A stretch of DNA of 64,000 nt from the NCBI GenBank assembly GCA_040954595.2, contig CM082576.2, forward strand, positions 9,799,129 through 9,863,128, written 5' to 3'. Shown here piece after piece: positions 13,701 through 28,700 of this stretch. Each line of letters begins with the position of its first letter. The first letter of the stretch is position 1. The notes below the pieces were generated by a model. That model ran no database searches. It had not been told where the DNA came from and was given only the letters and a program-made list of their open reading frames with translations. The position numbers and the translations under genes were made by a program. The stretch comes from Balanoglossus misakiensis. Its lineage: Eukaryota > Animalia > Hemichordata.

Positions 13701-16700
13701 TTCTGTGCCATTCGCTCACGTCGCTCAGTCTGGGGTCATAATAAAGTGTTCAATTGCAGAATAAAATACTCATTTTCTTTCACTTACATTTGGTAAATTC
13801 ACAGCTATGCACAATGTAAAATTTCAAGCCATGTGTACAGGCGCTGTCTAATTATGGATTAAATTTCAAAATTCTTCCCCTCAGCATAAACAGACAAACG
13901 AGCTCAAAGTTGACAGACTGACATATGTTGTGAATACTCACCACACAAGTACATGTAATAGGTGGCATAAGCTCCAGTTTCATCAAGACTATTCAAAGTA
14001 TTACTGTAACATCACTGAAAAAAAGTCGTTGCTTTCATTTGGGAACCCTAGTGGCAGCATCTTGTTTCATCATTTGTATCTTTCAATTCAAATACTCAGT
14101 TTTATGTGACATCTTGTCATATCCACTGTCCAGCTGTAACAATGGGGAATGTTTGCATCATATATCATGGACATACTTGAATTGACAGCGGCTGTATCTT
14201 TGGTAATTTCTAAATTGTGTGCTGTTTATCAACTACACTTTCTTGCTATACTCCTTACAACACACAATGTACATTGATACTTACATACATGTACAAATGC
14301 AATTGAATTCAAGTCAGAAGTGTAGACTTCAAAATTTGTTTTCTAGTAACAGTGCTACAATAAAAAAAAATAACATGTACATGTACATGTAATCATACAC
14401 AAGGTAGTCTGGATTTCGAATTCATTTTTCACTCAGCAACAACGATGCTGACCTTTATGTGTACATTGTGGAAGCAGTGTTATAAAGTTAAATACTCAGC
14501 ATTTTATTTTGCTTCAGGGAGTCAAGAAGCAGTCTGCAGTTGATATACATAAAAATATTTTAGTACAAAAAGAGCATGTTACAGAAAATAGAGCTGTGGG
14601 TTCAAGTCTTATAAAAACAGTTGCTGTGCTGGTAAAGATAATCAACAATTTTATAGAACTTGAATTCTATTTTTAGACCTCATCCCCAATCATATATATC
14701 CCATATTGGAAAGGACCTGCCTTAGGATATTTTTGCATCTTGTATACATGTTTTGCCGATTAGAGGTAAAGGCCATTTCTTGATTAAGACTCAAAACACG
14801 CATATGCTTGCCAATCATTGTTTAGGACCTTGTAACAGTATGTGATGCATTTAGAAAATGTCCTCAGAGTTGCTGCGTCATCGCAGTGACAAAGATGGCA
14901 TATTATAAATACTGCAGTTGTAATTATTTCAGTGTACATGTATCATGAAATGTAAGTTATGCTTTTGAGATATGTTCAGTTTAATGAAATCTAAAATAAA
15001 TGACCTGATCAGACAAGATTCTTGGTGATGAAAAGAGAATACAGTAGTTTCTCACTGTAAAGAAATGTGTGTGCTCCAGGGACTGTTGAAGGTCTTTTGA
15101 AAATCCTTGAATTTAACCTACTGTAATCCTTTTGGAGTCCAGGGAAAATATGGTTCGCGGGCTACTGGGAAATTGAACAGCGAAGGTCCCTCTCAAACAA
15201 CCATCTCTGTTATTTAAAAAATATTCAGCTGCATTGAGAGCACCATCACCACATGATTGTATTGCAAATGGATAATCTGCAGCACAATAGCCAGGCACTG
15301 GACATTGTCTGAATTGAAACCACTACACAGTCCATCATCAGGTAATGAAGAGCGAGTCCGAACAAACTCTATAAACAGGGGGTTCGTTCATTCTCTCTTT
15401 GCACTGTTATGCAACACTCCTGGAGCTGTACAGTGAGAGACTTTCCAAACAGTCGTGACCGATGAATGCAGTCTTTGCTTTGCTTTGATCACTGTGTTGT
15501 TTCTAGGACGGTGTAATGCCAATAATAATAGGGTGCACACTGCACTACTTTCCGAGCAGATGGGGTTATCTTTGTGTCCGAATTATGGTCTAGTTTCCAC
15601 CACTGTATTTTGGATTTGAAGAGTGTTTAAATGTTTTAAACCGTAGGGTTAGTGGTGAAACTTTCCTGCCCAGGGCATTGTTTATTAACTGTTGACCAGT
15701 ATCCAAAAGCTGCTCATCTATAACAAATGTACATCTACAGTGTACATAACATCCAAGACCTTAAAATTGTTATGGTTGTATCTGTTGCATTAATTGCCTG
15801 TAATGATTCGGTAACAGTGGAACAAAGGTACATTTGTATACAGAGAGCAAACATTGGGTTGGTGTTTTATATCAAATGCGACCAGGCGATCAATACAATG
15901 TATACATCCTAAAAATAAATCAATACCCGTCAAGCAGTTGGTGGTGTTATTTATATGTCTGGCTTTGACAATTCGAATCCGAGAGATGTACAGTAATGCT
16001 GTAATTACATGTAGGTCTCATTCAAGACGTCAGCGGTATCTTCAGAAATCCAACCTAAGACATTCCACAGAGAATATTGCTAATTTTTGTTCTGCCCATA
16101 GATTTCCATATATCCAATTTGATGCCGTTTTATGTGCATAGATGATTTGTGTTCAATTTGTCTCCCCCTAAGATATGCTCCTGGCTGGCATGCACCGGTT
16201 GGCAAATCGGCACACCTCTGTAAAATCGGATTCATTCTGAAGAAGAATGTGTTTGTGTGTATTTAATTGCATTCCAGTCTCACTTGCGTGGTCAGGTGTA
16301 ATTTGGCCAGAGTGAAACAAAAAGCCCACTGTTTATCTGGATCCATTTATCATTTATTTTGTCATCCTTTAGAAAAGGGTTCCACCTTTGAGTGATTATC
16401 AGAGTCGACATCCAGTAAAGACTCTTTGCCCTTGTTGTGTTGTGGGGTAGGTGTTATTCAATAGGGCTGTGATGTGCATGTAAACAACTCAGTTCCACCA
16501 TCACAGAGGCACATGCACCTCATCTCTCTCGATTTCTGTCTCTCCCCTCTCTCCCTCCATCTCTCTCTCCCCTATGTATCTCTTTCCCTCTCTCCCCCTC
16601 CTCCCTCTATCTCAAAAAAATTAGAGAAAGTACAGACGGATTTTTCTGATATGTGCGTACATTCAAGTGCAGACAGTCCTGGTTCTTGGGGCTGTTTGAG

Positions 16701-19700
16701 TTTTGTTTGTTGAGAACAATGGAAGACATCTAAGCAGCTCCAGGTAGCTATCTGCAAGTGAAATCGACTACTGCGGTTGATTGTACATTGTACTTTATTT
16801 TCAGGACTGTCACATAATGTGATTGACATGTAATACGTAATGTACGCAATCAGGTGGAGGATGAACATTTGAACAAGTGAACAGAAGTTAATTGCTTTTC
16901 TTGCAGTAGCACATGTCCTAGCAAGAATCACTGAAATGGTGTAGAGGTTATCACATCATACATGTATTTGTCAGTACCATGTAACAGGACCTCATCCAGA
17001 AGACATGTTTACTTATCTGAATGTGAATAACTTCAGATCATGGAGAATGAAATCTCATGTATGTTAACAACATGAACATGTAGTCCAGAAAATGTTTGTG
17101 TGATGCACAATAATTTCGAACATCTTCAGCCAAACCGTTAACCTTGCAAGAAACCGTGGTCTTCTCTTTTGTGTTTACGGTTTTTGTCGTGTTGAACTAA
17201 ACTTCATTTGAAGACATCAGGGCTTCCACTGGCTGAAGACAACTATCCATTGTTGCTTGTCCTGTAAAAGAAACCTTTACATGTGTTTACAGTTATGGTA
17301 CAATGTGCGTTCCCAACCCAGAAGTTTTTGACAGTGTCTATCGCGCTGTTGTTCAAAGGCTGGAGAGGTGAACTAAGCCTCAGTGTCAATTTCAACATAG
17401 TCTGCTTTATTCAGTGTAATTCCCTTCAGTACATACAAATTGTAAATACATAGTGTACCTTTGATGTGGTGATTTCAATCACTGATGTCTTGATAAAACA
17501 GAGCATCAGATTAAAAAGATCAATCCTGTGCTCTGGTATTGTTTCTCACGTCTTTCAGAGAACTCATTATTGGTACATCGGCAATTTTTTATAGTCATGT
17601 ACCTTGATCTAATTCACACCCACTAAATTGCAGGCTGAGCTTAGAAATACAATAGCCCTCCTGTTCTGACATCGATGGGACAGAGCTTACAGGTGTGACA
17701 GTGTGTAATGTCCGCAGGGTTTTTTGGTCAACAGGTGCTGTAAGAGGGAAATAAAAAGAAATAATTGAGAGGAAGCATACATGTAGTCTATAACTTTTCA
17801 GTTACGTGAAGTTGTTGGTATATTTGAAATGAACGGGGATCTGTACATGTATCATCAGGTGGACTTTCCATGATTTTTCATACTTATGGTAGACCATGGA
17901 ATACCACACACACCCTGTGATGTACACATACTTGTCTTCCCTTGTCACATCAATTGCCATAAATAACTTTGGAAATCATCGCTACATGTAGGTAATGAGA
18001 AACCATAGTAATATGAAACCCAACTCCTACCGTCAAAAATAAATCCTCCATAATGGAAAATCTGGCGCGATGTAAATTGAACAACGTGTCATGAAAGAAT
18101 TTTCAACAGTGTTTTCTGCTCAGTATATAGATACTGGAATGTGCAGATACATGCAAGGTAATTGAAATGGCAGATCGTGCAATAATTAGATTTTTGTGTA
18201 GTTTGTCTGGAGAATTATGATTGACAGGAGACGTTGCTATTGTTTCATGCTCACTGGGATTTTGATTGGATATTTTTTCTGATAGACATTAAACATAAAT
18301 TTCATTCATTCAAGTTCTACAAATGAAGCTTATTGTTGGCATCTCAGTCTGCTGAATCTTTGATTTTGAAATGAAGCAAATAATGCCACAAGTGTCAAAA
18401 TTCATTCCTAGTGGACATGATTATTACATTTACAGTGTGTAATGCTGTAATTGTGTGATAATTTGTGGAGATGTTTTTACTGACCCGGTCTTTTGAAATA
18501 TAATATCCCAAAACTAGACATGTATCACTGTCGGTGAATGACGTAAACTTTCCTTGAATGAGTGAAGGTCTTGCCTGGGGTGCGGATTTCCTCACAATAG
18601 AACATATGTCAGTAAGTGCGTTGTACATGCAGAAGTTGTTGTGGTTTGGTTTCCACAACTTTCACTGCGTTTTCCTGTTGAACACAGGGCTTCCTTTTTT
18701 CCCACGAATACTCTCCAAGGATATCATTTCTTCCATTTTACTATTTAAAAATTACAGACTGTTTCGAAGAAAACAAACTGATAAAAGTCTGTACTCTGAA
18801 AGAGTAGGACAACGGATTGTGTCATACAGGATGTACATACAGGAAGTTTTTGGTAATGCTATTGTTTTCCTGTATCTTGTCTGTGGTGTTTTAACAGCCA
18901 AGCCAATTGTTTTCCCATTGTTGAGTCAAAATAAACCGAGTGATGTTATCTGCAGGTCTTGATTGTTTTTGTTATTACATTACATTGTCCTTACTGTGAC
19001 CTGAAAAGGTCGGTCCCATCCCCGGAAGTCGGTCGTGATTCACAGTCTCAAAAGAAGACAAGTCTGTCAGTCGAAATTACAACGGGTTGGAGCAGGGGTG
19101 GGCTACGTGTAGCATTTGTCATAAAAAGTTCAGATATGAATCATGAATATGATATTTTGGTACTGGAGGTCATTGACTGTTTTCATTGTTTTCTACTGAA
19201 AACTGGAGGCTGCTGATTCCCTTGTATGCGTTGTATAGTTTTTTATACACCTTTATGTTGTCCTGTTTTTAGATGTTTATCGGAATGAATTATATAGCAG
19301 GGCTGTGCATGTACATGAATGAACAAATGATGATAAAAATTCTATTCAACTTGAAAGGTTGTACAGAGCTCAAGGTACATGTACATTTACGAGCTGTGCA
19401 TTTTCACTTGCAGTGTGACTAACGCCAATGAACAATACACAATAGTCTCTACCTGCATGTCTGCACGTAAGTTTTCTTTCATTGAAATCTCGTAAGAATG
19501 ATTTCCCGGCATTATCCGATCGACAATTGAAAAAGCTGTGTGGCCGTGAGGAGTGGCGGTTTAGAAATAGTAATGTCATTCTAACAGTTTTAGGTTTTAT
19601 TGAGATTTGTACAGACATGTGTCGCGCTGGATGTGATTGTGCGTGAGCGATTTACATTCAAACATATGTCTGCGCTTGTTAGCCGTCCCCGTCCACATCC

Positions 19701-22700
19701 ATATGTGCATGAAGCAGCTGCCATCATCAGCGTGTTTCTCGTTGGCAAATACGTCTCCCTCGTGGCGCTCACTTTTTTGTGCCGTGTATCAATTTGTAAC
19801 TTCTGTCATGGAATTGCCTCAGAGAGGAAAAGTTAAAACTAAAATTCCCTCAGCCAAATTGCTGTATGCCTTTGGCGGGGAATGTGATACAATAATACAT
19901 CGTGTGTGGATTATGGATGTAGATATTCCATTCCCACCCTCAGGGGTTCAGCCTTGTACAGTGCAGTTACATAAAACGGCTGTGATGTGGATGAGTGTTC
20001 ATTTGCATGTTTTATTTTGTCATCAGTCTCGATGTGGGATTGAGAGATTTATTTTGAAGGACACTTGTGCAACATAAAAGACATAATAAAATTCACAAAT
20101 TTGCATTAAAGATGCAATGTGCTATTTATAACCAAGGTCTGGGCATGAGTTGTACGAAATATTCACACATCAATCAATATCAATATTGTAAACATTCAGA
20201 ATGCATGCAATATAGGAGAGAAATTACATGTATGTGTTTGTTTTTTTGTGTATATTATTAAAATCTGTTAGAATTATTGAAGTAAAACTGTTTCTAGGGC
20301 TTTGCTATACTCTAACCGTGTAAAACAAGTGAGGTGTATTACTGATGAGAGTCAAGTACAGTGTAACTGGCCTTTGACGGCCTCACACTGTGAACACAAG
20401 TCTACAGGAGTGTTGTAAAGGAGGGCCAATTTACATGCCATTAATGTGTGCTGTCTTTTTCTCACCCGTAGGTGCGTTGTGGTTCTGTTCAATCCACGCA
20501 AAAACAAACAGACCCATATCTTCAGCCACTTCAGGTAAGGCACGATCTAGAATAAGGGTTGGATGTGTGTCGGTCTGTGCAAACACTGCTGACCTTGTTA
20601 GTGGTGTGTCGTGTGATGGTTGTGTCTGTCTGTAAGGATTTGTATACAGAAACTGACTGCAGTGTGATCAATGCAAGATAAATGAATTATATCAGTGATT
20701 TTTGTGTCTTTAAAATGAGAAATAAGGATTTGGAAATTTCAGCCTTAGAAGCCTGTCAGTGTTATACTTCTTAGTATATCCACAGTTTATATTCTTCAAG
20801 TGCCATAACGTTTTATAGTTTTATGCAATTTACAGGGTTAGGATACTTGAGTAAGGGGCTTCACACATTTCCACGAGACTTAATGTCCATTTTGGGACAA
20901 TATGACTTCATTAATATGAGCCTACTCAGTATCACTTCACAGAAATGGTCAAAAGTCAGTTTACTCTGTTTATGTATTGGAAATCACTAACCGTCTCCCC
21001 ACTTAAATGCAGTGCACTTTACACAGAAAGACACAGCGCTGTCAAAAAATTGCCTGCCTGGTGTGTTTTTATTGAAATCCTACAGCCTGTGTAGGGAATT
21101 TATTCTGATCGGGTTACCAGCTTTTTAAAATGGGCAGAAGTGTGCTTCAGCAACCAGCCAGCCGTGCCCTTGTAATGTGCTGTACACGTCAGTACAGAAT
21201 ACGATACAAAACCAACAGTGATATGTTGTTTTCTTCTTCATCCCCAGGAAAACGATCACTGCCCTGGCATTCTCCCCTGATGGGAAGTACATAGTCACAG
21301 GAGAGGTAAGGCTACCCTACATGTACTATAGTGTACAACCCCTGTAGTTGGAGGCATTACATGTACGGTGGCCCGTGTACTTTGCCAGTAGACAACATCA
21401 TCACATTGCGTCTGCTGTCCGATCAGCCAGCTGTGCGCAGTGGAAGATGATGATTACAATACATTCTCTAACCCTGTGAAATGATAATTTTGTGCGTCAG
21501 TCTGGCCGATTGTTTTTGTCTGGAGTGAAATTTGCATGATATGAAATCGGCATGAAACTTGCGTAACATGCAAAATAGCTGGAATTCGCAATGGGTAGTT
21601 AAAAGTTTATGTAATAGGGATTTCGGCATGCGTATTATGGCCAGGCGTGAGATAAAAATACTCCTGCGATATAAATTTCAGCAATAAAATGTAACAAGAA
21701 ATCGATTAATCACAATATCTGCTACTGGGACACTGACCTGCACATGCTTAGAATTTCCATGCATATGCAGCATGCCAACGTCATTCAGAATGCAATGGAA
21801 TTTTTCAGGAAAACTAAGTAATATGCAATTTTTATGTTTTATTGGTATACTTTTTATATATTTCGCTGTTTTCAGCATCACTGGTTATTTACATTTGTAT
21901 TATTTTGCCATTCTTGCCTATAATACAAGAAACATATAAAGTACGGTTGAGGTGATAGTTTATACAAAACAGAACCTTGAAATTAAAATGAAGCTAAGTT
22001 TATTAAAGGTGGGGTATTCTAAAATGCCTTTGTAATCTTTTGCAATGCACTCAGAATTTGGCAGTTCCGTTTATGGGCAACCCACTATAACGTAATTGCT
22101 ATTTAATTTCTTAGACATAGATGCATTGATTTTCATTTTAGTGTTCAGGGTAAAGCGGTTCATGATGTCAGATTTTGTTTGCCATATTGTTAGTATTTTT
22201 CGCTCCAGTGAAGTTTATTCACCGACTGTCAGTTCTGTTGTCTAAAAAAATCCATTACTTGCTTGTGTGTGCTTGCGGGCCTTTTGTGAACGCAGAGGAA
22301 ATTCTCAGACACGCATCACCTGATGCCGTTCCGCCATACACAGACTCAATATATCACACGTTTTACAGCCCTGTCTTGTGCGAGCCAAATTTGTGGTAAA
22401 CATCCAAGAATTGCACACGGCGTAAATTGATGGCGCAGGAAACATGAGCAGGCTTGAGGAAGGCATCTTGAAATTGTTGGTTGCATTTGAAATATCTTGA
22501 ATGGCTGAGATGGTCAGTGTCAGGGTCATTGTTCAAGGTCAGCCACTAATGGCAAGGGATTGCCTTTCCCAACAAATTAACATTTTTGGAAATGGAGAAA
22601 GGGGGTTTGATCATGATAAATCAAGGAAATTCAATAATCACACCAACATAAACAATAAGGTTTTTCAGGTGATACCAGCGCTAAGAGTAAAAGTGATTGT

Positions 22701-25700
22701 CATTTTCAGTATAGCACAAATAAGCAGAACTGGAAGACTTCTGTTGAATGAAAACAAAGAGGGGTTCAAAAATTCACAGAAAACGGACAAGTAAATTTTT
22801 TCCCTCATGCAACAGTGTGCTTTTAAAATACTGCCATGATTGAATACCCCTGAACTTGTTGAATCCCCTAGAGTTGACTTCAGAAAAGGAAAGCTTAGAG
22901 TATAATACTGCCAATAAGTTTCAGTACTCCATGTTTGTTGTCTGATGTTGTGCTGTGTTTTCTTGAACACCTGGAGAGTGTGAACCTCCTTAAAAGAGTG
23001 CATGCATGTAACAATGCGAGACGCTGAAGTGATTTCGAAGTACTCTGGTATTAGTTCTACGTGAACAGTGCCATTCACTGGCTGCCAGGGCTGAGATAAT
23101 GGATGATTTATCATCATCAATTTGAGATGCTCTATAGAAACCACAAATCAATGGTGTTTTTTTTCTAACAATTTGAAGTTACACATTTATTTTTTTCTGT
23201 TGGGCAATGAGAGAGAAATGATGTTAGAAGGAAAAGTCACAGCTGTTTCTTTGAAGTTCATGACCAGAGAGTCAGTTAGGCATCAAGTTGTGTTCAGTCC
23301 GTCATGACGTTGACATGTTTGTGTCTTTTATTTTGTTTACATCATTTATGTGATTTACTGTCTGTTTTCCCCCCAAAAAAAATTGTTAGAGTGGTCACAT
23401 GCCAGCTGTTCGGATCTGGGATGTTGCAGAGAAGTCTCAAGTGGTGGAGTTTTCCGGTCACAAGTTCGGGATTACGTGTGTGGTAAGTTGTTTTAAGTTA
23501 GCAGCGTGCCGAACGTTGGCCGGCATTTGACATCAGCCACCGACGGCAGCCAGAATTAGTCGTTCAGCAATAAATAACCATTTTCTGAGTTGATGGAGAA
23601 AAGAACGCGATGGCTGACCCCAGTGCCCTGTGGTTAGTGAGTACGGCCGGCTCCTATATCTTTGTCCCACAATGTTCAAATCAGTTAGATAATATCACAG
23701 TGGGTATAGTATTGCCAAGTATAATGCCACAGTGATTTATTGCAACCCGTTCACCGCACAATGGCGGATGATGATGCTCCCACTAAGTAGCTGAGTACGG
23801 TTTACCCCATGCCAGCCAGGTCCGTGACCGGGTGATGCCCTCTGCTGCGAAGAACACCTTCAAGGTGGTCTCGTGGGAACTGCAAGGTCTTGCACGCTAT
23901 CAAGGCAGCATTGTGTTAGTAATTGCCAGAATCATGAATTTTGTAATGAATGGGGGTACATGTACGCCTCTTGAAAATGGGTAAAAGTACATGTACGAGG
24001 GGAAAACAGCTAATGCACCTTTTAAGGGCTAAACAGATTTATTGGCATCTTAGGTTTCACGATACATGTTTTTCACCTTCCCAAATTAAAAACAACATCA
24101 ACAACACAAAATAGAATGATTGTTTCCAATCCACCACACCCAAACCACGTTCGTATCACTCGCCTTAATTTTTAAGCTGTTGCAGTGCTCCCGGCACTGA
24201 AAGCATTCTCTTTATATTGCATGAACGGGGATTAAGTTTTGCTACAAACAATGACAGCTTAACCTTATGTCATGCGTTTATTGTCACTTATATGGCGCTC
24301 CGAGATGTTACCATGTTTTCGCTCGGAGGAATTTCTATTTAATGCGCGTGATTGGTGTGAAATCGCTGACATCTTTGAAACATCGTGTCTGCCCCATGCA
24401 TCAGATTGAGGCTTACCTTTCACAATCTATCTATACAGTCTCTGTTTATTGTGACATGAAAAACTAAACATTCCCGAGTGGTGTGAAAAGTGCGTGCAAA
24501 AAACGATTTATCTGGAGGGTCTTTGTGGTGCGTGGATGGGCAGTCGCCTCACCAAGAAAGCATATCACTAAATCAATAATACTTTTTTTTGTAGTTCTAA
24601 AGTGCATTTTCCCTCGATTTTCAGGCTTTTTCTCCCAATAACAAATATGTGGTGTCAGTGGGTTCGCAGCACGACATGGTTGTCAACGTGTGGGACTGGA
24701 AGAATGGCAACAGGGCAGCGTCCAATAAAATCTCCTCAAAGGTGAGCCGGATGCAGGGTTCGTGCACTCCTTGAAAATCCGGGAAAGTCCCAAAAATTGA
24801 AACAATTCCCGGATAGTTCTTGAAAGTTGTTTTTCCTAAAAAAACCCAGCTTTTTTGAGATTTAAAAAAATCCTGGACATGTACTGGAATGTCGTGGAAT
24901 TTTGAATTACTTTGAGTTGAAAAATGCAGTGTGATGCTTATTTACGCATGCAGCATGTATTCAGGCTGTCACATTCAGGATAGTTCAGTACAATTTATTA
25001 TCATGTTGAAAGGATCTGTCCACAAGCAGCAGTAGTTGTAAATAACATGAAAGATGTTTTCCTCTTTGTAGTCAACATTGTTAGAGTTTTTGTCAACAAA
25101 CTCTCGTAATATAATCTCTTTAATCAACACAAGTAAATGCATTCACTCCTTATGCTTTGCTATTTGAAAAAAATATAGATACGGATTATAGCAAACAATA
25201 GTCAGTCGTTGCCACAGGGTGCTTTGGAAATGCAACCGTGTGAGAGGTTTGAAGTGGTTTGTTTTGACGCTCTTTTTTATCATTTGACTGGTAAACAGGC
25301 AAGGGTCCCAGGTTCACCTGTGGATGGTCGCCTGAAAGCAGTTTGAAACTTGTATTCCATTCTCGTGTTTTGCCTCTGCTCATACATTGTATATCATGTT
25401 CCCCACAAACACCCCAATGCAAGGATGTCCATTTAAAAACTGAAGTGGCCTTAATTTCTCTGCCGTCGTATTGGCAAGGGAAACTGTACAATTGTTTTGT
25501 AAATGACATTCCCAATTTTTTTATTTTTTCAGGTGACCGCACTTTGTTTCAATGAAAGTGGGAATTCATTTGTCACTGTGGGCACCAGAAATGTACGCTT
25601 CTGGTACATGTCCTCCTCCAACAAGGTAAACTCTTTACGTAACATTTCTTTATATGCTTTAGCTCTTTTCCACAGTGTTCAGGTAACAGACAATGGCACA

Positions 25701-28700
25701 GGGGATTGCTTTAATGCGTCCATTGACATTGCCTTTTGTTGAAATTTATTTTTTTTTGACCTTGGTCATCTATTCTGTCGTTTGTACACGCTTGGCTACA
25801 AGTGAAAGGCAGCTTAAAAATTGGACTTGAAATTGACGAGTTGCTTTCAAGGTTTCTGCAACTGACACGGCGTTCCCTTTTTCCTTGCTCGTTCCCAGTC
25901 CAGGGAAGCAGTGCCTCTGCACGGAAGGTCCGGCATCCTGGGAGAGCACAGAAACAACTTCTTCTGCGACGTCGCCTGTGGCAAAGCCTCCAACAAGGAG
26001 AAAACGTTCTGCGTCACAAAGTCCGGCCTGCTGTGCGAGTTTGATGACAAAAGGCTGTTGGATAAGTGGGTTGAGCTGCGGGTAAGTTTGGCAGGTGTCG
26101 GTCCCCACAGACGTCACTGCAGGCCAACGTCATTTGTTTTCATTGTAGAGACTGAAGAAAACAACTGTTATTCGTATTCCCTAGTGATAAATGAAAGAAG
26201 GGGTGGTGGGGAGAGAATGAAAAATAAATCACACAAATTACAATAATATATCCAGGTGAGAAATTACATGTACAGTGTATGTAACAATGACACCTGTATT
26301 CCACTGACATGTGATGAAATCAAAATTATGACTACACCCTGCAGTATGATCTACAGATTTCTATTTGCATACAAGTGATGTTATGGTAAAGACATATTTC
26401 ACTGTTTTTGCACATGTATGTGTGTATATCTATGGGCACTTTCCTGTCATGTGACAACCCTAATATAAAGCACATAGAAGACAGTTACCATGCATTTGTT
26501 GCTGGGCTAGCCTACCGTAGCACAAAGGCTAAGGAAAAGGGATGTGCTAAATCGATGATACCAAAAAAAAACACGTCTTACCACATGGTGTTTTCAATTA
26601 TTCCCCTCAGACTCCGGAAGCCTACAGTGTGTGTGTCAGCGAGAGTTACATATTTGCCGGCTGTGCCAATGGCATTGTCAGGATCTTCAGTGCAGACACG
26701 TTACACTACATCGGCACGCTACCAAGACCCCATGATTTGGGTGTCAATGTGGCTGCCAGCATGGATCCAAGGTCAGATGATATACACAATAAGTTTATAC
26801 ATGTACATGTACTGGTTATCAGCACGCCCTCAAAGGCAATACAATGTGTCATTGATCAAAAGAAATCTCTGTGACACAAGAGCAATTTTGCGTTTTATGT
26901 GCATGTCACAATGTCATAATTACGGGTGAAGTAAATTATGATACGCCTACCATTTCTCAAGTTGACTACATTTTTGTTTTCCAAAAGTTGTGTTTGTCAA
27001 GGGGCTTGCTGATGTTTTGCATTTTGGTAGTGTTCGTCTCAGGCTTAATAGCAATGTGACTTATGTTTTTTGTTGTTCGAGTTATTTGAGTATCTTTGTT
27101 TCTGTTTTGTACAGCCATGTGGTCAGCGCACATGACAATGCCCAGTACCCCAATGCTGTTGCCATGACGCACGATGACGAAAACCAAAGGGTGAGTCTGT
27201 AACACACTGTTATTTGTGAGTAATGAAAATTAAGCCTCTGAGTTTAACTGTAATAGTTTTCATGATCACAAGAATTGTTGTGCTTGACCCACTTGCAAGT
27301 AATGCACTCAAATGACAAGATTGTTCCTTCAGAGTCAGACTTGTGATTTTCCCCCCAATCTCATGTTAGCTGCAAATTACTCCCTGCGAAAGAGCCCCTC
27401 TCAAACCTATATTGCCCATTCTGTCTGACAGCTGACAGTAGTGTATGATGACCACAGCCTGTATGTGTGGGACGTGAGAGACGTCAAGAAGATCGGGAAG
27501 TCGTGGTCGTTCCTGTACCACAGTGCACCGGTGTGGGGCGTGGAGTTCTATCCCAACATTCCAGACGGCAACAAGTCCTTCCTTCCGGCGGGATCCTTCA
27601 TCACCTGTTCCTCGGACAACACAATCCGTGTGTGGAACATGGAGTCGTCCTCAGCCAACGATAACACAATCAAGAGAAATATTTTCAGTAATGTAAGTGA
27701 TTATGATTGGTCACGTTTAGCTTGTATTAGTTGAATTTGCGTAACCATTTGGTTAACACGCATCGACAGTCAATACTTAATGTAACGCTTCTAAAGAATG
27801 AATGCAACCAGTTTCCTGAAGATCACATTGTTAAGTGATGTATAGCGTAAAGTGAAACCTGATGTGCAAATGGAAGTTAGAAGTCTGCACCATGAGTTGA
27901 GAATCAAGTGATGGCTACTTTGAAAGACAAATTTATCATTTCGAGTCTTGTTTCTAACACTCACCTGTCCTACAACCCTTTCACTTTTACAGGAGTTATT
28001 GAACATCATCTACTGTGATGGTGATTTCAGCAATCTCTGTGAATCTGAAGATACTAAACGTAAGACATTTTCACTTGTTTCTGTTATTTCTTTCTAAGTG
28101 ACGTAATCTCTTTGTTTTGTTGGGGGGGGGGGGTGGTACAGAAGTTTGTTGAAATTGTACAAGCGTAAAGGTTCCATTTCCAGCGAGTGGGTGAAATGCT
28201 TTAGTTTATACATTCATGCAATTTTGTAAGGGAGGCCAATAGTATTGGTAGTGTTAGCAGGTGTAAAACTAGCATCAGCATGTCATTCGGTGAAAGGCAG
28301 ATTTTATTGAGCATCCCTGCAGAAAATACTACACATATTGCAATCTGTAGAGAGCAATCATAGCGTTTTGCAGACTACATATGCATACCCAGACCATATT
28401 ATTTAGAGTTGTGGGTTTGCTGGCATATTGTGTTGTCTAACATGTATGTGCAAATCACAATGCGGTGGCAGTTCCAACACAATGTAACACCTGGCATGTT
28501 TTTTGTGTGTGGAAAACATCAAAAGTTAACTCGCCAAGCTTTTAATGATCACAGAAATGTTATCCCAAGCGTCGTATCAGACGTTTGCTAATTAAATTCT
28601 GACCAGACAGAGTGGCTATACGCCTGCATGCCCCATCCCATCCAAAACCATTCATAGCATGATGTCATTTGCATGGCTTTCTGGTTTTTCTCCCTTTTCT

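Noticed and set aside
14585-14615. gtgggttcaagtc, a B-box-like motif suggesting a tRNA or SINE
   Set aside because: No A-box or cloverleaf around it.
21466-22155. Possible TTAA-type element with taaccctg...cagggta ends
   Set aside because: The terminal match is too short and no target-site duplication is present.
24755-24910. cagggttc...tccttgaaa... tract resembling a hAT-type MITE, with similar words near 15075-15115
   Set aside because: No matching right TIR or TSD could be located, so it is too degraded to call.
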